A DNA stretch of 9,807 nt from assembly GCA_903916665.1 (NCBI GenBank), contig CAIWXP010000007.1, positions 1-9,807 on the forward strand, read 5' to 3'. This stretch comes from Candidatus Iainarchaeum sp. Its GTDB lineage: Archaea; Iainarchaeota; Iainarchaeia; Iainarchaeales; 0-14-0-20-30-16. A model generated the notes under the pieces. It ran no database searches and was not told where the DNA came from. It saw nothing but the letters and a program-made list of their open reading frames with translations. Positions 6,321 to 9,807 of this stretch are shown in pieces (positions within the stretch are counted from its first letter, which is position 1; every line of letters starts with the position of its first letter). The translations under genes and the position numbers were made by a program.

Positions 6321-7784
6321 TTACACCTTCTCAATAATAGATTTATTTCTCAGCCATTCTAATTTTTGCGAAAATAAATCTCTAATATCTTTTATTCCTA
6401 AATTAAACATTGCTAATCTATCAACACCTAATCCCCAGGCAATAACTCTATCCTTTACACCTAAAGTTTCAGTAAATTCGGGTCTAAATATTCCAGCACC
6501 ACCCAATTCTACCCAACCTAATTTAGGATGCTTAGCATGCAAACTAACAGAGGGTTCAGTGAATGGATAATAGCATGGAGTAAACATTGTTTCTTCTGCC
6601 CCTGCAATCTCTCTTGCAAACTGATCTAATAGCCCTAGTAAATGTTTAAATGAAATATCTTTTCCAACAACAAATCCTTCCAATTGATTAAATTCACTTA
6701 AATGCGTTGCATCTAAAACATCGGGCCTAAATACCCTAGAAAAAGCAAAATATCTTTTGGGACTCTCAACACCTTGAGATAACAATCTTGCGGAATAGGC
6801 TGTACCATGGGCTGCTGGCATTAATTTTTTTGCAACATCTTCTGACCATGTATAACCCCACCCCTTTGATCCTGTTTTTCCCCCATTTTCATGTGCACTT
6901 TTTACTGCATTAACCAAATCTTTATCAGGTAATTCTCCGGTACTTGGTCTCTTTAAAGAATAGGTATCTGTCCAAGTTCTGGCCGGGTGATTTTGAGGTT
7001 GAAATGGAATATCAAAATTATAAAATTCTGTTGTTATTAAATCTGTAGGCATTTCTTCAAACCCCATACCAACTAATTTTTCTCTTACTAAATTTAAAAA
7101 TCTAGAATAGGGTTGATATTGTCCAATTGATAATGATTCAACTTCGCTTACAACATTATAGGGTTTAAAATTTACTAAAGTTAAATCTTGACTTTTTAAC
7201 ATTTCCTGTGTTAAATAGGTTACTGATTTTTTAATTTGTAAACTAGAATATTTATCACCCAATGCATTTCTTAAAACAAAATAATCTGATTTAAAAAAAG
7301 CTTCCAATAAATTCATTCTTAACAAATTATCAATTAATTTTTTATCAAATAGTTCTTTTCCCGAGTCTATTTCTTTTAATGCAATATGTAATTCTTCAAA
7401 TCCAAAATCCTTCAAATTATTTGTTTGGATTACTTTACCATTTACAACTTCAATTAATTTATTTTTCATAGCATAGCCAAAAATAAATGCACTTTTATCT
7501 CCTAGAACTTTTCTAAATTCGTTTAAAGATATATTTTCTTTTAATTTATTTAATATTAATTCTTCCGGAAATTCTTCAGTTAAATATAATTTACCAAATT
7601 TACTTAATTTATAGGCACTAGCTTCTTTTTTTTCAATATCTACCAAACCTTTTTCTTGCAATATATTTGTTGCTCTTCTTACCGCATCTAAATTCATCGC
7701 TAAATTATTTGCCAACTCTTCCAAAGAGATTTGCTTGCTAGTTAAATTAGTCAAACATAATATTTCTTCACTTGTAAATTCCAT
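6321..7784 (-). CDS. pheS: phenylalanine--tRNA ligase alpha subunit, archaeal/eukaryal type
   Basis: 487 aa. Class II motif 2 is FRPDVLDATHLSEFNQLEG and motif 3 is GLGVDRLAM, with GGAGIFRPE also present. The long N-terminal extension looks like winged-helix repeats, as in archaeal/eukaryal alpha subunits. Confidence 0.92.
   Translation of the reverse strand: MEFTSEEILCLTNLTSKQISLEELANNLAMNLDAVRRATNILQEKGLVDIEKKEASAYKLSKFGKLYLTEEFPEELILNKLKENISLNEFRKVLGDKSAFIFGYAMKNKLIEVVNGKVIQTNNLKDFGFEELHIALKEIDSGKELFDKKLIDNLLRMNLLEAFFKSDYFVLRNALGDKYSSLQIKKSVTYLTQEMLKSQDLTLVNFKPYNVVSEVESLSIGQYQPYSRFLNLVREKLVGMGFEEMPTDLITTEFYNFDIPFQPQNHPARTWTDTYSLKRPSTGELPDKDLVNAVKSAHENGGKTGSKGWGYTWSEDVAKKLMPAAHGTAYSARLLSQGVESPKRYFAFSRVFRPDVLDATHLSEFNQLEGFVVGKDISFKHLLGLLDQFAREIAGAEETMFTPCYYPFTEPSVSLHAKHPKLGWVELGGAGIFRPEFTETLGVKDRVIAWGLGVDRLAMFNLGIKDIRDLFSQKLEWLRNKSIIEKV
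6324..6329 (-). promoter_or_regulatory. Shine-Dalgarno AAGGTG inside the pheS 3' end, positioned for the mini-ORF
   Basis: GAG AAG GTG TAA AT ATG places AAGGTG 5 nt (TAAAT) before ATG 6318. Confidence 0.35.
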
Positions 7785-7789
7785 TAAAA

Positions 7790-7795
7790 CACCTT
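7790..7795 (-). promoter_or_regulatory. Shine-Dalgarno AAGGTG for pheS
   Basis: tatttAAGGTGttttaATG with a 5-nt spacer. Confidence 0.6.
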
Positions 7796-7816
7796 AAATA
7801 TGAGATAACCATAGTA

Positions 7817-7834
7817 AATTTATATAATATATAA
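7817..7834 (-). promoter_or_regulatory. TATA-box-like element upstream of pheS
   Basis: aatttatataatatataa lies 33-50 nt upstream of the pheS ATG. This is compatible with a short SD-containing leader. Confidence 0.3.
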
Positions 7835-7860
7835 GGAGTAGGGTTTTTAAGGATTTGTAA

Positions 7861-8526
7861 CTATGCGTACAGTTCGGATCTAATTTTTAACCTTGCTGTT
7901 CGGTTTTTTCTGCCTTTTAAAAAACGAGCATCTAGACTATCTCTTTCTACCCTATCAACATAGCCAAAAAGAGTCTTTTTTTCATCTGGTGCATTTATTG
8001 TAACACTGTGCCCTTGTGCAAATAACATAGATTCAAAATATTTGGGCCAACTTAAAACACAACCATCACCATATTCTCCTAGACCAGTAATATCAATACT
8101 CATATTTAATTTTGATAAAACATCACGGGACAAAAATTTAGTATCTCTATAATCCGGATCAAAATTTGTTATTTGAAATCTGTCACCTAATTTTGTTTTT
8201 GCAAAGGAATAAAAACGCAATAAAATTTGTTCATGTATTGATTTTAAAAGAGCTAATTCTTCTTCAGAATACATATTAAATCTGTCTTTAAATGCAGGTT
8301 CAATAACTACAAATAAAGTATTTGGATTATTTGCTTGTTCTAATACTGCTCTACCATATTCTCTCAATAATATACTAACAAGATATTGTACTTTTTTGGG
8401 TAATTTTTTTTTGGTAAACATAGTTTTAATTTGATCTAAACCATAGTTTCCTAAAATATTATATAATACATAGTACATTGGGTGAACTAACATTACTATT
8501 TTATCATACTTTCTTTGTTCAGACAT
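7861..8526 (-). CDS. hypothetical protein (221 aa from the internal Met; the track ORF extends to 8706)
   Basis: Reads MSEQRKYDKIVMLVHPMYY...ITGLGEYGDGCVLSW...SVTINAPDE, with an alternating beta/alpha (Rossmann/flavodoxin-like) pattern. The GxxxxxCV segment resembles isochorismatase-type cysteine hydrolases only faintly. The C-terminal tail is basic (GRKNRTARLKIRSELYA). I prefer start 8526 because the 60-codon upstream extension is F/S/L-rich antisense-looking sequence overlapping the ATPase N-terminal coding frame. Confidence 0.5.
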   Translation of the reverse strand: MSEQRKYDKIVMLVHPMYYVLYNILGNYGLDQIKTMFTKKKLPKKVQYLVSILLREYGRAVLEQANNPNTLFVVIEPAFKDRFNMYSEEELALLKSIHEQILLRFYSFAKTKLGDRFQITNFDPDYRDTKFLSRDVLSKLNMSIDITGLGEYGDGCVLSWPKYFESMLFAQGHSVTINAPDEKKTLFGYVDRVERDSLDARFLKGRKNRTARLKIRSELYA

Positions 8527-8547
8527 ATTTAAATTAGACCAAAAGAA

Positions 8548-8555
8548 TATATATA
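8548..8555. promoter_or_regulatory. palindromic TATATATA, candidate shared bidirectional TATA box
   Basis: Its centre (8551.5) lies about 25 nt from ATG 8526 (minus gene) and about 25 nt from TTG 8576 (plus gene). Neither start has an SD, consistent with leaderless transcripts. Confidence 0.35.
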
Positions 8556-8575
8556 ACTTAGCCCAAAATATACTA

Positions 8576-9807
8576 TTGCTTTTTGAATTTGGATCCAAAG
8601 AGAAACCAAAAAAGGCTCCAGAACCAAAACACAAGTATTCTGAAACAAATATAGGATTTGACTGTTGCTTTTCAAAAAGACTAATTCTTGATAATCCAAA
8701 AGACATATTCTTTGAATGTGAAGAATATTATCTATTTGATAAACAAGATCCAAAAATGTTAGTTAAAGATATTGTTAAACTATCAATTTCAGAAAAACAT
8801 CTTTTCAAAAAATTCTTTGATTTTTTAAAAGAATTGCCGATTACAAACTTAGAAAACGAATTAGAAAGATATTTCTTACAATATTTAGAAGAAAACAAAA
8901 TTCTTTTGGATTCGGAACAAAAAAAATATTTACTAAAATTAATTGACTACGAGATTAATGGATTTGGTCCAATTAGCGCACTATTAAAAGATAGAGATAA
9001 AATAGAAGAATTAGCAGTAATTGGTTTAGGAATAGATAATCCTGTTTATTGTTATGTGGCAAATATAGGTTGGACAAAAACTAATTTTTATTTTACAAAT
9101 GAAGAATATGTAAAAGAATTAATAAATAAAATGGCACGTAATATTGGACGACAAATATCAATTAATTCTCCTTTGTTAAATGCTTCATTAAATGATGGTT
9201 CGAGAATTAATGCATTAATTTCACCAATAACAAAAGAGCCAAATATAACTTTACGAAGATTTAAATACAATCCATTAACACCATTAAATTTAATTAAATA
9301 CAATACTTTTTCAGAAGAACTAGCAACCTATTTGTGGCTAACAATGTTAACGGATTCAAATATTTTAATTGCGGGCAACACAGGTTCAGGAAAAACAACT
9401 ACTTTAAATTCGCTGTTTAGTTTTGTGCCGCGAAATGAACGAATAGTTATTTGTGAAGAAACACCAGAAGTAAAGATACCCCATAAACATCAAGTTAAAT
9501 TAAAAATTGATGATAAAAGAGGAATTAATATGAACGAATTAATTATTTCCACATTAAGAATGAGACCCGATAGATTAATTGTTGGGGAAATAAGAACTAA
9601 AGATGAAGTTCAATCTTTTATTGATACTATTTTGGCAGGCCAAGGAAAAGGATCCTGTGCAACATTTCATGGTCTATCAATTAACGATACTATTGAAAGA
9701 TTGTTAAAACTAGGCACATTAGAACAGGATCTTAATGCACTAGATATAATTGTTTTACAAAGAAGATGGAATGTTATTGATGTAGAAAATAAAACACAAA
9801 AAGAAAT
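8576..9807 (+). CDS. type II/IV secretion-system family ATPase (archaeal FlaI/PilB-like, T2SSE), partial at the right edge; start uncertain (TTG 8576 preferred, first ATG at 8756)
   Basis: The frame is open from 8486 to the window end, so it is not in the ORF track. Walker A is GNTGSGKTTTLN (9374..9409). Other motifs are the Asp box ERIVICEETPEV, Walker B RPDRLIVGEIR, the His box GSCATFHG, and the upstream conserved INGFGPISALLKDRDKIEEL. Sequence upstream of Met-8756 (LILDNPKDIFFECEEYYLFDKQDPK) looks like the FlaI N-terminal domain. Confidence 0.85.
   Translation, partial: MLFEFGSKEKPKKAPEPKHKYSETNIGFDCCFSKRLILDNPKDIFFECEEYYLFDKQDPKMLVKDIVKLSISEKHLFKKFFDFLKELPITNLENELERYFLQYLEENKILLDSEQKKYLLKLIDYEINGFGPISALLKDRDKIEELAVIGLGIDNPVYCYVANIGWTKTNFYFTNEEYVKELINKMARNIGRQISINSPLLNASLNDGSRINALISPITKEPNITLRRFKYNPLTPLNLIKYNTFSEELATYLWLTMLTDSNILIAGNTGSGKTTTLNSLFSFVPRNERIVICEETPEVKIPHKHQVKLKIDDKRGINMNELIISTLRMRPDRLIVGEIRTKDEVQSFIDTILAGQGKGSCATFHGLSINDTIERLLKLGTLEQDLNALDIIVLQRRWNVIDVENKTQKE

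Noticed and set aside
6313-6570. 85-aa plus-strand ORF from the track
   Set aside because: It is antisense to the highly conserved C-terminal catalytic core of pheS (motif 3 region). It is a shadow ORF.
8527-8706. 60-codon N-terminal extension of the 281-aa minus ORF (start at 8706)
   Set aside because: The F/S/L-rich sequence is typical of the complement of Lys/Glu-rich coding DNA. It overlaps a plus frame that looks like a genuine FlaI-type N-terminal domain. It cannot be fully excluded without homologues or TSS data.
8529-8753. 74-aa minus-strand ORF from the track
   Set aside because: It is a second antisense frame over the probable ATPase N-terminal coding region. The peptide is hydrophobic and unlike the local proteome, and it has no SD or promoter geometry.
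9088-9303. 71-aa minus-strand ORF from the track
   Set aside because: It lies inside, and antisense to, the well-supported ATPase coding frame.
1-9807. Search for CRISPR arrays, tRNA/rRNA genes, IS elements or integrases, and long direct or inverted repeats
   Set aside because: No spacer-repeat periodicity was seen. No intergenic gap exceeds about 90 nt apart from the ambiguous 8527..8755 region. No GC-rich structured-RNA-like segment and no transposase or integrase-like ORF was found on either strand.

Overview
Very AT-rich, tightly packed archaeal-type chromosomal segment. Assignment to a small-genome, DPANN-like archaeon is inference only. Most of the window is housekeeping. On the minus strand, a tight operon (2421 to the left edge) encodes truD, an 8-cysteine DUF6485-like mini-protein, a cN-III/UMPH-1-type pyrimidine 5'-nucleotidase and the start of a further ORF. 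Upstream lie a stand-alone NurA-like nuclease and a lysine-rich 132-aa unknown ending at a clean hairpin terminator. Further right are archaeal/eukaryal-type pheS-pheT and a 221-aa unknown. On the plus strand are a compositionally odd 158-aa ORF and a FlaI/PilB-type (T2SSE) secretion/pilus ATPase that runs off the right edge and is absent from the ORF track. I see no CRISPR array, tRNA/rRNA gene, transposase or recognisable defence island, and no convincing novel multi-gene system. Six points deserve a second look. (1) An SD-preceded, Phe-codon-bearing 25-codon mini-ORF exactly bridges pheS and pheT. (2) The nucleotidase gene is split by a frameshift at an A_AAA_AAG (dnaX-type) slippery run. 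(3) The truD-Cys8-nucleotidase genes are tightly coupled. (4) The atypical 158-aa gene is bracketed by a 9-bp direct repeat and abuts the pheT stop. (5) NurA lacks its usual partners. (6) At a divergent start region with three open frames, the ATPase probably starts at a TTG, symmetric to its neighbour around a palindromic TATATATA.
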